In this document: positions 27,466 to 38,747 of the stretch, in pieces
Layout of the letters: each line of letters opens with the position of its first letter
Position numbering within the stretch: the stretch's first letter is position 1
Source of the DNA: the human T2T-CHM13v2.0 reference genome, Homo sapiens
NCBI RefSeq assembly: GCF_009914755.1
Contig: NC_060933.1
Reading direction: 5' to 3' (one strand)
DNA length: 64,000 nucleotides
The notes under the pieces: generated by a model
What the model was told of the DNA's origin: nothing
The model's input: only the letters and a program-made list of their open reading frames with translations
Database searches by the model: none
Program-made: the position numbers and the translations under genes

Positions 27466-28833
27466 ATGCGGGCCGCCAACCGATCCCACAGCGCCAGCAG
27501 GACTCCGGGCCGAACTCCTGGCAAATCCAGTTCCAAGGTTCAGACCACTCCTAGCAAACCTGGCGGTGACCGCTATATCCCCCATCGCAGTGCTGCCCAG
27601 ATGGAGGTTGCCAGCTTCCTCCTGAGCAAGGAGAACCAGCCTGAAAACAGCCAGACGCCCACCAAGAAGGAACATCAGAAAGCCTGGACTTTGAACCTGA
27701 ACGGTTTTGATGTAGAGGAAGCCAAGATCCTTCGGCTCAGTGGAAAACCACAAAATGCGCCAGAGGGTTACCAGAACAGACTGAAAGTACTCTACAGCCA
27801 AAAGGCCACTCCTGGCTCCAGCCGGAAGACCTACCATTACATTCCTTCCCTGCCAGACCATAACCTGGATGCCCCTGAAATCCGAAATGACTACTACCTG
27901 AATCTTGTGGACTGGAGCTCTGGGAATGTATTGGCCGTGGCGCTGGACAACAGTGTGTACCTGTGGAGCGCAAGCTCTGGTGACATCCTGCAGCTTTTGC
28001 AAATGGAGCAGACTGGGAAATATGTATCCTCTGCGGCCTGGATCAAAGAGGGCAACTACTTGGCTGTGGGCATCAGCAGTGCTGAGGTGCAGCTTTGGGA
28101 TGTGCAGCAGCAGAAACGGCTTCGAAATATGACCATTCCCTCTGCCCGAGTGGGCTCCCTAAGCTGGAACAGCTATATCCTATCCAGTGGTTCACATTCT
28201 GGCCACATCCACCACCATGATGTTCGGGTAGCAGAACACCACGTGGCCACACTGAGTGGCCACAGCCAGGAAGTGTGTGGGCTGCGCTGGGTCCCAGATG
28301 GACGACATTTGGCCAGTGGTGGCAATAACTTGGTCAAAGTGTGGCCTAGTGCTCTTGGAGAGGGTGGCTGGGTTCCTCTGCAGACATTCACCCTTCAAGG
28401 GGCTGTCAAGGCCGTAGCATGGTGTCCCTGGAAGTCCAATGTCCCGGCAACAGGAGGGGGCACCAGTGATCGACACATTTGCATCTGGAACGTGTGCTCT
28501 GGGGCCTGTCTGAGTGCCGTGGATGCCCTTTCCCAGGTGTGCTCCACCCTCTGGTCTCCCCACTACAAGGAGCTCATCTCAGGCCATGGCTTTGCACAGA
28601 ACCAGCTGGTTATTTGGAAGTACCCAACCATGGCCAAGGTGGCTGAACTCAAAGGTCACACATCCCGGGTCCTGACTCTGACCATGAGCCCAGATGGGGC
28701 CACAGTGGCATCTGCAGCAGCAGATGAGACCCCGAGGCTATGGCACTGTTTTGAGTTGGACCCTGTGTGGCGGCGGGAGCGGGAGAAGGCCAGTGCAGCC
28801 AAAAGCAGCTTCATCCACCAAGGCATCCGCTGA
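27466..28833 (+). CDS. CDC20P1: Open 455-aa ORF equal to CDC20 residues 43-499 minus two codons; open upstream in frame to CTG at 27340 (former Met1). Translation unproven
   Basis: ORF track; C-box DRYIPHR, KEN, KILR, WD40 repeats and C-terminal IR present; 27466-27340 = 126 nt = 42 codons. Confidence 0.5.
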   Translation: MRAANRSHSASRTPGRTPGKSSSKVQTTPSKPGGDRYIPHRSAAQMEVASFLLSKENQPENSQTPTKKEHQKAWTLNLNGFDVEEAKILRLSGKPQNAPEGYQNRLKVLYSQKATPGSSRKTYHYIPSLPDHNLDAPEIRNDYYLNLVDWSSGNVLAVALDNSVYLWSASSGDILQLLQMEQTGKYVSSAAWIKEGNYLAVGISSAEVQLWDVQQQKRLRNMTIPSARVGSLSWNSYILSSGSHSGHIHHHDVRVAEHHVATLSGHSQEVCGLRWVPDGRHLASGGNNLVKVWPSALGEGGWVPLQTFTLQGAVKAVAWCPWKSNVPATGGGTSDRHICIWNVCSGACLSAVDALSQVCSTLWSPHYKELISGHGFAQNQLVIWKYPTMAKVAELKGHTSRVLTLTMSPDGATVASAAADETPRLWHCFELDPVWRREREKASAAKSSFIHQGIR

Positions 28834-28870
28834 AGACCAACCCCTCGCCTCAGTTGTTTTTTATTTTTCT

Positions 28871-28876
28871 AATAAA
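28871..28876 (+). promoter_or_regulatory. Polyadenylation signal of the retrocopy
   Basis: AATAAA 15 nt upstream of the genomic A tract; further AATAAA at 28949 and 29084/29088. Confidence 0.8.
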
Positions 28877-30875
28877 GTCATGTCTCCCTTCAAAAAAAAA
28901 AAAAACAAAACTGCTGTGTAATTACAGAATTGTATTCAATCCTGTTTTAATAAATAAGAGACAATTTACAATAACTCACTTGCAGCAACGTGCTTTGAAT
29001 CATTTCAGAGAAGAAGGACAGAAGAGATTGGTTGACACCACAGTGTGATTAAAAAAATAGGAGTCAGTGGTATTTATGAAATTAATAAATAAAGCACATG
29101 CCCACCCCCATTAACCCACTGCATGGTCAAGTTCTTAGGGAGGTGATGAGGCAACCTCTCCAATATTCCCATTATAGAGCTCCACTAACATTCTGCTTGG
29201 TGATGACAAAGTTGCATTTAGATTGGTTGATAGTTGGTATTGAGCCCAAAACCAGGGTTGAAGTTGTTCCAGGGAGAGGCTGGATTGAGGCACAATGTAC
29301 AGCTAACGTTAACCTCCTCCTGACTTGACCACCCCAGCAGAAGGGCCTTGACACAAACCCGGTGTATCTGCTGAGTGGGCAAATACAAGGAGCGATCCAG
29401 GCTGTAGTTGCATGGCCTGAGCAGCAATGCAAGGAGGACCTTCCTTTTGCCTTTAAGCCTCCTCTTCCAGAGAAACTTCTACCAGTGACCTGGCAGTGAG
29501 ACTTGTGTTTCATGTAGTGATGAATGTTTTAGACCTCCAGACTCTTGTTCTACTGAAGAACCTCCCTCCAGGGTCCTGCGTTGAACTGGCCTTGCTGCAG
29601 ACTTCCTGAGTTTGTCAGCAGTAAAGGTAACAGTACCCAGAATGGAGCATTCTAGCCAATGGTTAAAAGTCCTGGTATTTTCTCCACAAAGTGATGATAA
29701 GAAAGGGGGTTGACCCCTCAGTCATATCAAAAATGTTTAGAGGTCACTGGGTAGACATGAAAGACAACCTGTTGAAAATTTAGATGGAGGTCTGGAGTCA
29801 TCATACAAGCAGAGGAAAAAGACTGAAAAGAAATAATGTCAGAATGTTAATGATATGGTGATGTTAGAGGTGATTTTAGTTTTTTTCTTTGTGCTTTTCA
29901 GTGTGAATTCTCTAAAATGAGCATTTTTTAAACAAGAAAAAAATGTTAAAATAGGCACCAAAAACCTGAATACAATAAAATACTTTTAAATAAGTTCACA
30001 CTCATATCTAGAAACTCTAAGCAAATCTAGGTTGCCAACAGTCACAAAAGGTAATTCTATTTAGGTTAAAAATGTGAGCTACGACTATCTCCCTTTCAGA
30101 TATTCACAGAATAGAATAGCAGGACTAAATTGTGTGCATGGCTGAGGAAACATAGCTTTTTGTTTTCTCTGTGTCAGGTGGTTTCTCTCTCTTTAACCAA
30201 GATTACATTTCCAGAGTATCTACTTCTCCATTTCTCCTGCCTTTTATTTTTCCGTGGTTGCAATCTCCTGTAATTATGAGAAAAAAGTTTTTTCCTGGAG
30301 CAGCATCTCTGAGATTAGCCACTTTGGAGCCAACCTGACAATTCCCAGTTGGTGCTAATAATCTTCTCTGTAGAAACATAAGTTTTCAGGACATTCAGCT
30401 CTGCTCTGAGACTTAAAACAGCTGGAAAATGCATGACTTGAGTTTTTAGATCTGACAGCATTTGAATCCACTGTCAAATAGTACTTAATACCTGTTAATC
30501 TTTTTGTAGTTTATTTTCTTGTGCTTAGATATTTGCTACAGTAATTAAAAGCAGTTATGAATTCCTGAAATATAATTCCAAATACCTAGTTCTAATGAGT
30601 CAATCCAGTACTTGGATAAACAAATACCAAAGTTCAGGAGAGGGTAAAAGTTGGGAGTTGTCTTTATTTTTGAACCACACTATCTTTAAATTGCACACTA
30701 TTGTCCTTAAATTGTATGAATTCAACCTGGAAGGATAAACCATTCCTCAAATTAAGGTCTTTTGCACTTTGGTGATACATCTTTATTTATGAAAACCTGA
30801 CATCTCCATTTCATTACATTTTTAGCACTAATCTGTGCTTCTTGCTAGATATTTAACAAATGAAGTTTTTATTAA

Positions 30876-31244
30876 TATATTAGTCCGTTCTCACACTGCT
30901 AATAAAGACATACCAGAGACTGGGTAATTTAGAAAGGAAAGAGGTTTAGTTGACTCAAGTTCTGCATGGCTGGGGAAGCCTCAGGAAACTTACAATTATG
31001 GCAGAAAGGGAAGCACGTCCTTCTTCGCATGGCAGCAGCAAGGAGAAGTGCTGAGCAAAATGGGGAAAAGCCCCTTATAAAACCATCAGATCTCATAAGA
31101 ACTCACTTACTATCATGAGAAGAGCATGAGGGTAATCCCCTTATGATTAAATTACCTCCCACCGAGTCCCTCCCACCACATGTGGGGATTATGGGAACTA
31201 CAATACAAAATGAGATTTTGGTGGGGACACAGCCATCCATATCA
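30876..31244 (-). mobile_element. THE1 (THE1C-like) MaLR solo LTR
   Basis: tattagtccgttctcacactgctaataaagacatacc...gtggggacacagccatccatatca; 5-bp TSD attaa/gttaa. Confidence 0.92.
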
Positions 31245-31259
31245 GTTAATGACCATTTC

Positions 31260-32070
31260 GTTCATAAATTCATTCATTCATTCATTCACAGCCCTCTGGA
31301 TTATATATACCAGGGAACAAAACAGGTTAAAAAAATCTCTGTTCTTGAGGAGCTAAAATTCTAGTAGGTGGAGAATAAACATAATAAATAAGTAAAATAC
31401 ATGGTATTTTAAGCCCTTTGGAAAACACACAACATGGTAGGGAGATATGGAGAGAGCAGACTGCAATTTTAGTTGGGGATGGTTCTGTGTCAGTCTCACT
31501 GAGAAGGTGACTTTCAAAGGCTTGCAAAAGAAAAGTAGGTTAGCCAAGCAAAGGGAGTGGCCTGGGCAGGCAGAATGAATGGTGCAGGAGTCCTGAAGAG
31601 GGAGAGAACAAGTGGGAGGGGAGGGGTGGGGGAACAGCAGTGCAGCTGTGAGAGGGATGGGGGCCCAGTGAGAGTGAGGTCAGAGAGGTCATGGGGTGGA
31701 GGGGTACAGATTACATGGGGTCTCCTGGACCATTATGAAGATCTTGACTTAGTCTGGCTGAAGGGGGAGCCATTGCAGGATTTTAAATGAAGAACTGTTG
31801 GCCTCTGACTTTTGAAGGTCACTCTAGCTGCCATGTTGAGACTAGATTGAGGCCAGGCAAGGGTGGAAGCAGGGAGACCAGGTAGGAAGAGGATTTACTT
31901 AGACCAAAGCAGTAGCAGGGAAAGTGGTGAGAAGTGGTCAGACCCTGGATCTATTCTGAAGGTGGCACTAACAGTTTGCTGAGGGATTCAAGATGGGGTG
32001 TGAAAGAAGGGGAGGGGACAAAAATGAGATAGTCCAAGGGTAAAGGGAAAAGTGAAGTTTCTATCAACTG
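31260..32070 (-). mobile_element. L2 (L2a-like) fragment
   Basis: (TTCA)n 3' tail, gaggagctaaaattctagt, gagaaggtgactttc, gggagccattgcaggatttt, gagaagtggtcagaccctgga. Confidence 0.75.
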
Positions 32071-32999
32071 AGTTTGTATGCCTTTGTTTCTGGGACTCAG
32101 GGGTAAACTTCTGAAAGACAAGTACATGTCCTGTGTTCTGTAAACATCACAGAATCAAGAAACAATAAAAATGATGTCTAAACATAAAGTTTGATAGTCC
32201 CTGTCATTTATCTGCAACCTACAGGGAGTTTGAGCCTTTCCCATGCCATAGGGAATCTCTCAAGCTCCACTCTGGGGCCTGCCATCTAGGTTGGCACCTG
32301 AGGGCAGATGTTTCTGGGCCCTCATCGTTACCCCCAGAGTCTTAGTGATGACCTGTGGATGGCATGGGGATGGGTTACTTCTTATCTGTCTGGATATGTT
32401 TTACCCTTTGGACTCCATGGGAATCCAGGTACTTTCCCAAACATGTACAAGTCCAGGAGAGGGATAGAGGATAAGGAATGAGATCAGGTTGCACTCCAGG
32501 TCTCACTATCTTATTTTCTTGCACAACAAACAATGCAGGCTTAATCCAGAGGGCATGGGACAAAAATACGTGAAATTTTTGACACAGGCCAGCTCAAAAA
32601 CATAAATGAATCACCCTGGCCAGATGGAAACAATGGGGAGTAAGTGGTGCTGACTGTGGCAAAACAAAGAGTTGCAGGTGATGGCTGCTACAAGAAAATG
32701 TAAGCCCAATAAACAAAACGCGTGTGAGTGGATTGCAGCCCAGGAACAACTTCTTGGCCAATGGTTTGGGCCATGGGAGCAGTACCATGAAGACTCTCCC
32801 TTGGTCCTTGGAAGGCTCCTCCCTCTAACTCTCCCTCCCTTCCCCTTTCCCATGGCCCTTTCTTTAACCCATTCATTGCCTACACTACAGTACCCAATTT
32901 ACCCTACACTACTTCCTGACTTTTGCTCACCCTCTACACAAATAATCTAGTTCTGGATCTTTTAGTCCCCCTGTGTCTTGCTAACTCTACTGCAGTAAA

Positions 33000-33720
33000 T
33001 GCATCAGGTGTTTGTCTATAGATGTGAAGTAATTCACATGTTTTACATTTCAGTATTTACCTACACAAATTTACCAATGTACAGTCCTAGCAGCATGCTG
33101 CAAGGGAGTCTTCAGGATGCCAACACTAGATTCACAATGGTTTTCATTTTTTTCAGTCAAGTGGGCAGCAGAAATACTATCTTGTCTTTCTTTTTGTCTG
33201 TGTTTTCTTGATTGTTGGTGAGGTTGCGTGTCTTTTCAAGTGTTTGTTGATTATCTGAATTTTCTTCTGTGGATTAACTACTCATATCCTTTGACCCTTG
33301 TTCTATTGTGTGGTTTGTCTGTTGTCTTTCCTTTAACAGTTATATATTTTGCAAATACTTTTTCCCAGACTGTTTTGTGTTTTGTGTGTGTGTGTGCATG
33401 TGTGTGTGTGTGCGTGTGTGTGTTTTAATGCTGTTTATAGTGTATTTCATTCCTCAAAAAAATTTCCTTAAGGTCATTATATCTGATTTTCTTTTCCATT
33501 ATGGGTTCTGGGTATTCTATCTTCTTTAGGAAGACTGTCCCCATATCAAGCCTGTAAAGAGAGTCTCCTTTATTTTCTTCTACATTTACAAATTTGGACT
33601 TTACATTTGGCCTTTTCATTCATCTGAAAATTCTTTTTTAAATCATATGAAAATTAGTATTTTCTTCAAATGGCTAGCCAACATTATTTTCTGAAAAGAA
33701 ATCCATTGTTTCCCACAACT
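33000..33720 (-). mobile_element. Old L1M fragment containing an interrupted (TG)n near 33384-33422
   Basis: ttttcttctgtggattaac...atcctttgaccc...atttgcaaatactttttcccagact. Confidence 0.5.
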
Positions 33721-34739
33721 TTACAATGTGGCCTTCATCCTGTATTCAATTCTAGTCACTTAATTCAACAACAAACATTTATTGAGCTCTGCTACATGGA
33801 GAACTCTGCAAGGTAGAGTTAAGGCTCAAAGTAGAGTCAAAAGCAGATGGGCTCCTGGACTCCATCAATGTTAGCCTTGATTCAATAATATCTGCTGGAC
33901 TTTACCGTTTCCAAATGTAATGGATCATTAACTTTCTAAGAATATTTCATACCTATTAATGGTAGTTCCAACTATGCCAATGATCGAAGATCGTAACATA
34001 TTTTATCATGAAACAGGAACAAATAAAGAGGTAATCTGTAAAAAGCTCCCCAGCTTTCCCATGTCCTCATTACAACTCCATTCCAGGTACTCCCCTTATC
34101 CTTGAAAGAGCACCCCTTTATCTGTGAGCATCATGAGCAGGAATGCAAGTCCAGAGCCACCTTTGCTCCCTGCAAATGAAATATATTAATTTCCCATGTC
34201 TCTCATTGTTTCCTGACCCATTCAGGAGGAATTCGAGGAAGGGAGAGCAAGAGAGTGTTGCAGCATGACTGCCTGTGGCTGCAAGCAAGGGCACCTTCCT
34301 GCTTCTCTTGCTTTTCCCCTTTCACCTTTTCTCTGCTGGCCTCCAAGTGAAAAATACTCATCTTCCCTTAGACCCATGAAACAGGAAGAAATATCTCATT
34401 GACTTGAGAAAAATGTCTAATGAAAATATGATTATTCCTTAATGCCTAGGAAGATAGCAAATCTATTTAGGGAAATACCTCTTAAAGTTTTGACTGAACT
34501 TGAAGTTCATCAGGACATGGCCTCTCTGTGATGCAAGTATAAGGTGAACCACAGCAGATTTTTAATGTCAACAGTGGTTTTTCTTTAGGGGCATTCCGTG
34601 TAAACTATTAAGACCTCCAAGGGTCCAAAGTAAAAGTCCTAAATTGAGTTGTTTATACAAAAGCTTTCACAATTCCACAGGAAAGCAAATCTTTATTTTA
34701 AGTATGGATGTTTTTCCTCTCCATTATCCCTTCATGAAA

Positions 34740-34773
34740 CCTGCTTTTGACCTAAGGCAAGGTCAAAAGCAGG
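34740..34773. repeat. Perfect 14-bp inverted repeat with 6-nt spacer (TGACCT-n6-AGGTCA, ER6)
   Basis: cctgcttttgacct aaggca aggtcaaaagcagg. Confidence 0.9.
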
Positions 34774-37700
34774 ACCTTGACCTGCTAGAATGGAAGCTTC
34801 AGGGTGCGCCTGAAGACTAGGAAGGAGACATACTATCTGAAGTGATCTCCATGATATTTATGATTTCAAGGGCTCTATTTTTGGCTCTTGTAAGGCTTGG
34901 TTTTGACTGCTCTGCACATTACTTCGCCTCTCACCTCTTTTACTTTCTTTCCCTTCGCACCACCATCACCCCTGTTCATCAGTGGAAACCAACTAAACAG
35001 AGAATGAATGGCTGATGAAAATTACAAAGGAAGCCAATATTGAAAGAATGGACTTTCCAGGGGGTGAAATGTAGGAGAAAGGTCCAGAGATAAGGAGAGT
35101 CACTGACAACAGCCGGAATGGCAATGGCAAGAGCCAGGCATGACAGACCGAGGTCCTTCACCCCAAGGTGAACCCCACAACTTGTTCCATTCTTCCTCTG
35201 CCATGTGAAAATATCCTCTAAGATGTGTTATTCTTATATATTTGCTGCTAACCCCATCCACTTGTTTCTCATTGGAAGAAAATATTTCTAATTCATTGGA
35301 GAAGTTTAAATTCTAGTAAAATTTTCAGTGTTTATGATTCAGAGTTAAATATAATCCCCTAATTTACATTGATTTTCTTTTAAAAGGATGAGTTTGGTCT
35401 TTCAAAATGTGAAAGGCCTCCACAACAGTTATCTTCAAATGGTTTTATCTTCTTGTTGCTTCGTTGTCCCTGGCCCTTCTGGAAAGTTGACTTAATTTTA
35501 TACACCTAGATACTTTTACTTCACCCATTTGCTGTGTTCCTAAGGCACTCCCAAACTAAAGTAAATGGATGAATTTGCTGATTTTTCTTCCATGAATAAG
35601 CCCTATCCTCTAGAGCAAATGGGCATAAGCTCTGTAGGCTTCTTGTCCTCATTGGCATAGGGTTTTAGACTTTGTGGAGACAAAAAAAAAAAAAAATCAA
35701 ATTCCCTTAGAACAAATGACCCAGATTAGAGGGCAATGTATTGGCTAGGAGGGAAATGGACAGAAAGAAAATATGTAGCTTGTCTCTACAACTGTAGTTT
35801 TTAAGCCCAAATAGTTTCTTGGAAGGCTCCTTTGGGTGAGAGGGTTTACTGATTTTTTTTAAATTTCTTTAGTTTCTTTCTAAGTCCTACTTCTGGGGCC
35901 ACTGCTGGATCATCAACTCCCCAGCACAAAAGAAGGCACCAAAGTCCCCAGGGCTGTCCAGAGAACAAAGGGGAGCCTGCTGCATGCTGATAAATTGCTC
36001 ATGTTAGCACCTGTAAATCTGTTTTGCATTTCATTTCAACCTTTACTCACTGCCGATAACAGCCCCTGAAAATGAATCTTGACAGCATGTTGTGATTTTA
36101 CAGTATCCAGCAGCAAAGCCCAGCTAATTGTGAGCATATGATTTTTCAAGCACTAAATTTTATACTTAGTCCATGGCTCTGACAAACTTACTTATTTGGC
36201 AGTTGCTAATCATTAAGGCATTAATTGCTTTTCTCCCAGCATTTAAGCAAGATGAAGTTTGTTTTCTAAAAAGCAACTTCTGCTAAGCTGGACAGTCATC
36301 TTTGATTCTTTGTAGGCTGTTCCTGCGGATGTGTTTTTTGCTGTACTGTTCCAAGAAAAAACAAAAAACTGTTGAGATAGCAAACAAAGGCCCCTGTGCT
36401 GAAGTCTTGCAGAAGGGTAATTCCAGTGGTGTCTAGTTTCAGGCTAGAATACTAAGATCATAATTTCAGGCCATCGATGGCTCTCCCAGATGTCTTTGGT
36501 CAAGTTAATCACAGTTTGCCTGAAGGTTGAGTTTTCAGGTAATCCATCATGGCGTAATTGTAAATCAAGAGTTCTTTCTAGCTAAAATTTGGGAGGTTTT
36601 AGGGCAGCCTGAGACTATGAACCATGAACATAAGGCCCCCAGCCTCTGTCTTTTGAGTTTTGCAACTGAAGCCAATTTCACAAATACTGAAGAAGGCTCA
36701 AGACGTTACATGTCAAATGGACACATGAAGTGACTGTCATTTGAGTCAGTAGGAACACATTTGATGTTGTGGGACTCAGGCACACCTGGTCTTCTAGTGG
36801 ACCCTCCAGTGATGGAAGATTTTCATTCTAGATGGGGAGGCATTGACATCATACCTAGTGTGTCCTCTGCCAGGCACCATAGAGGTGTGGAGTATGCCCG
36901 CCGATGCCCTTGTTGCTGGAGGAGAAATCACATTTTTCTGTTTCTCTTAGCTTTTTCTCCCTGGTTCCACAAACTCCCTTTAGTCTATGTTGCTTTTCTT
37001 CAGCCTGATTTTAATATTTTCCCTTATTTACACTGAATTCCAATTTAAGTTAGAAAACCTAGTATTGAAGATCGAATCTACTTCAGAGGATCTCTAATCC
37101 CTGATGTCCAAAATGTTACCTGCATGAAATATATACAAAATTTTATGCACACACTCACACCCTATTGTATGTTCATTATCTATATATCATTTCACTTACT
37201 CCTCCACTTATCCAGTAAATTAGGTATTCTTACTGCCCCCCACCTATTTTTTTTTTTTTTTACAGGTGAGGAAATTCAAAGATGGAATAAAACATTGTCC
37301 AGGACCTTCCGAATTTTGCGGGTGCACAGCCAGGATTTGAAACCTGGACTGGCAGTCTTGGAGAACACACACACCATCAAAACTTCCGTGCACGAGCTAC
37401 ATGGCAATCACTATGCAGTTTTATGTTTTCCATCAGCTATTCTGACCTCCTTCCATGGCACATCAGCTGGAAGTGCTCCTGAGGGCTTACACGGCACTTG
37501 TTCATGCCCTGGTGTACCTCCCAGAGCTCTGGCTCATCTTAACACCACTTAGAGATGTTGTTTTGTTTCTCTCCTAACCTGAGCTTCACAACAGCATCGC
37601 TTGCAGCCAAGACAAAATGGAATGGTCAGAGAGGAAAATAAGAAACTGGCTTTCCTTTCATACCATGCTGTCCCAGGGGTGGTTTTAGATATGTGTGAAA

Positions 37701-38719
37701 GAGACTCAAAGTCTGTATTCTTTGAGTTAACAAAACCATGTTACTACCTGTTCAGAAGGAAATAGCAGTGGTATTCATAACAACACAAAGGAAAAAAAAT
37801 TAAGGCAATTGTCTCGATGAGTTTCCCAGATCATGAAAAGTAAATGTATTTTTCCTTGCATTCTATCCAGGAATATCTGCAACAGTGGAACTCCAGCTAA
37901 AATTCAAAGTCAATTCTCAATCCCACTTTGTTACTTTCTTCTTCTACTAAATAGGGAAGTTTATTACTAATGACCCTGGAGAAACAGTCAGGCAGGACCA
38001 CATATCTTCTGCCTCTGGTCTTGCCAGGCATTGCCAATTCATCACTGCACTTTGTTTCCCTGAGCCCTGACCCAGCCTCACAAGACAGTCACTACAATCA
38101 ATCAGACTAGATGTGCAAGAGGAAGCAGAGTCTTCACTGCATACCTAGAATAATGCAAACAGCAATATCACAATCAGAGAGTTATCTTTTTCTAAGTGAA
38201 TATTCCGTCACTGCTGTCTTTGGCACAGTTGCTCTCTCTAAACCTCCTTTTAAAATTCCTTTCTTGTGTTGTTAGGGTCAGGTGACTACAAAAGGTCATG
38301 CTTATGAGGATGCATGGATGGTATGGAGAGTTGACTAACCCCCACTGGGAGCAAAGGATCTCCCATTCTCAATCCCCTGTCCTTTCTTCCTAAGCACCTC
38401 CTGTTTGAGGAAATTAATATCTCAGTTAGAGAGAATTTGTTTTCATAAAGAAGCAGGAACTTTCTTGGAACTGTAAAGGTACTTCCTTGAAATAATTATT
38501 TCTGATTCAGGGCCCCTTTGCTGCTCATACATTCAGAAATCAGGAGCATTTTAACAGGATATTTTCTTGATTAGATGATTTGCATGCAGGTCAATAGAGG
38601 GTAGGAGGGTATCTTTTCACCTTTGTACAAAGTTAAGGACAATCTAGTTGGAGATATTAATAGTTTAGTGTTCTGACCAGTCACAGATAAGGAAGAAAAT
38701 GTATTTGCTGTTGTGAAAT

Positions 38720-38747
38720 TGTGTGTGTGTGTGTGTGTGTGTGTGTG
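38720..38747. repeat. (TG)14 microsatellite
   Basis: Direct reading. Confidence 0.95.

Larger units (their letters stand above)
27258..28906 (+). pseudogene. CDC20P1: Processed (intronless) retrocopy of CDC20 with 5'UTR, CDS, 3'UTR and poly(A)
   Basis: Translation about 94% identical to recalled human CDC20, no introns; AATAAA 28871-28876; A14 at 28892-28905; TSD aaaactgctgt(c/g)ta at 27244-27257 and 28907-28920; L1 endonuclease-type TTTT/AAAA site. Confidence 0.97.

Noticed and set aside
27460-28563. Antisense and alternative-frame ORFs over the CDC20 retrocopy (180, 123, 78 aa and others)
   Set aside because: Shadow ORFs of GC-rich coding sequence
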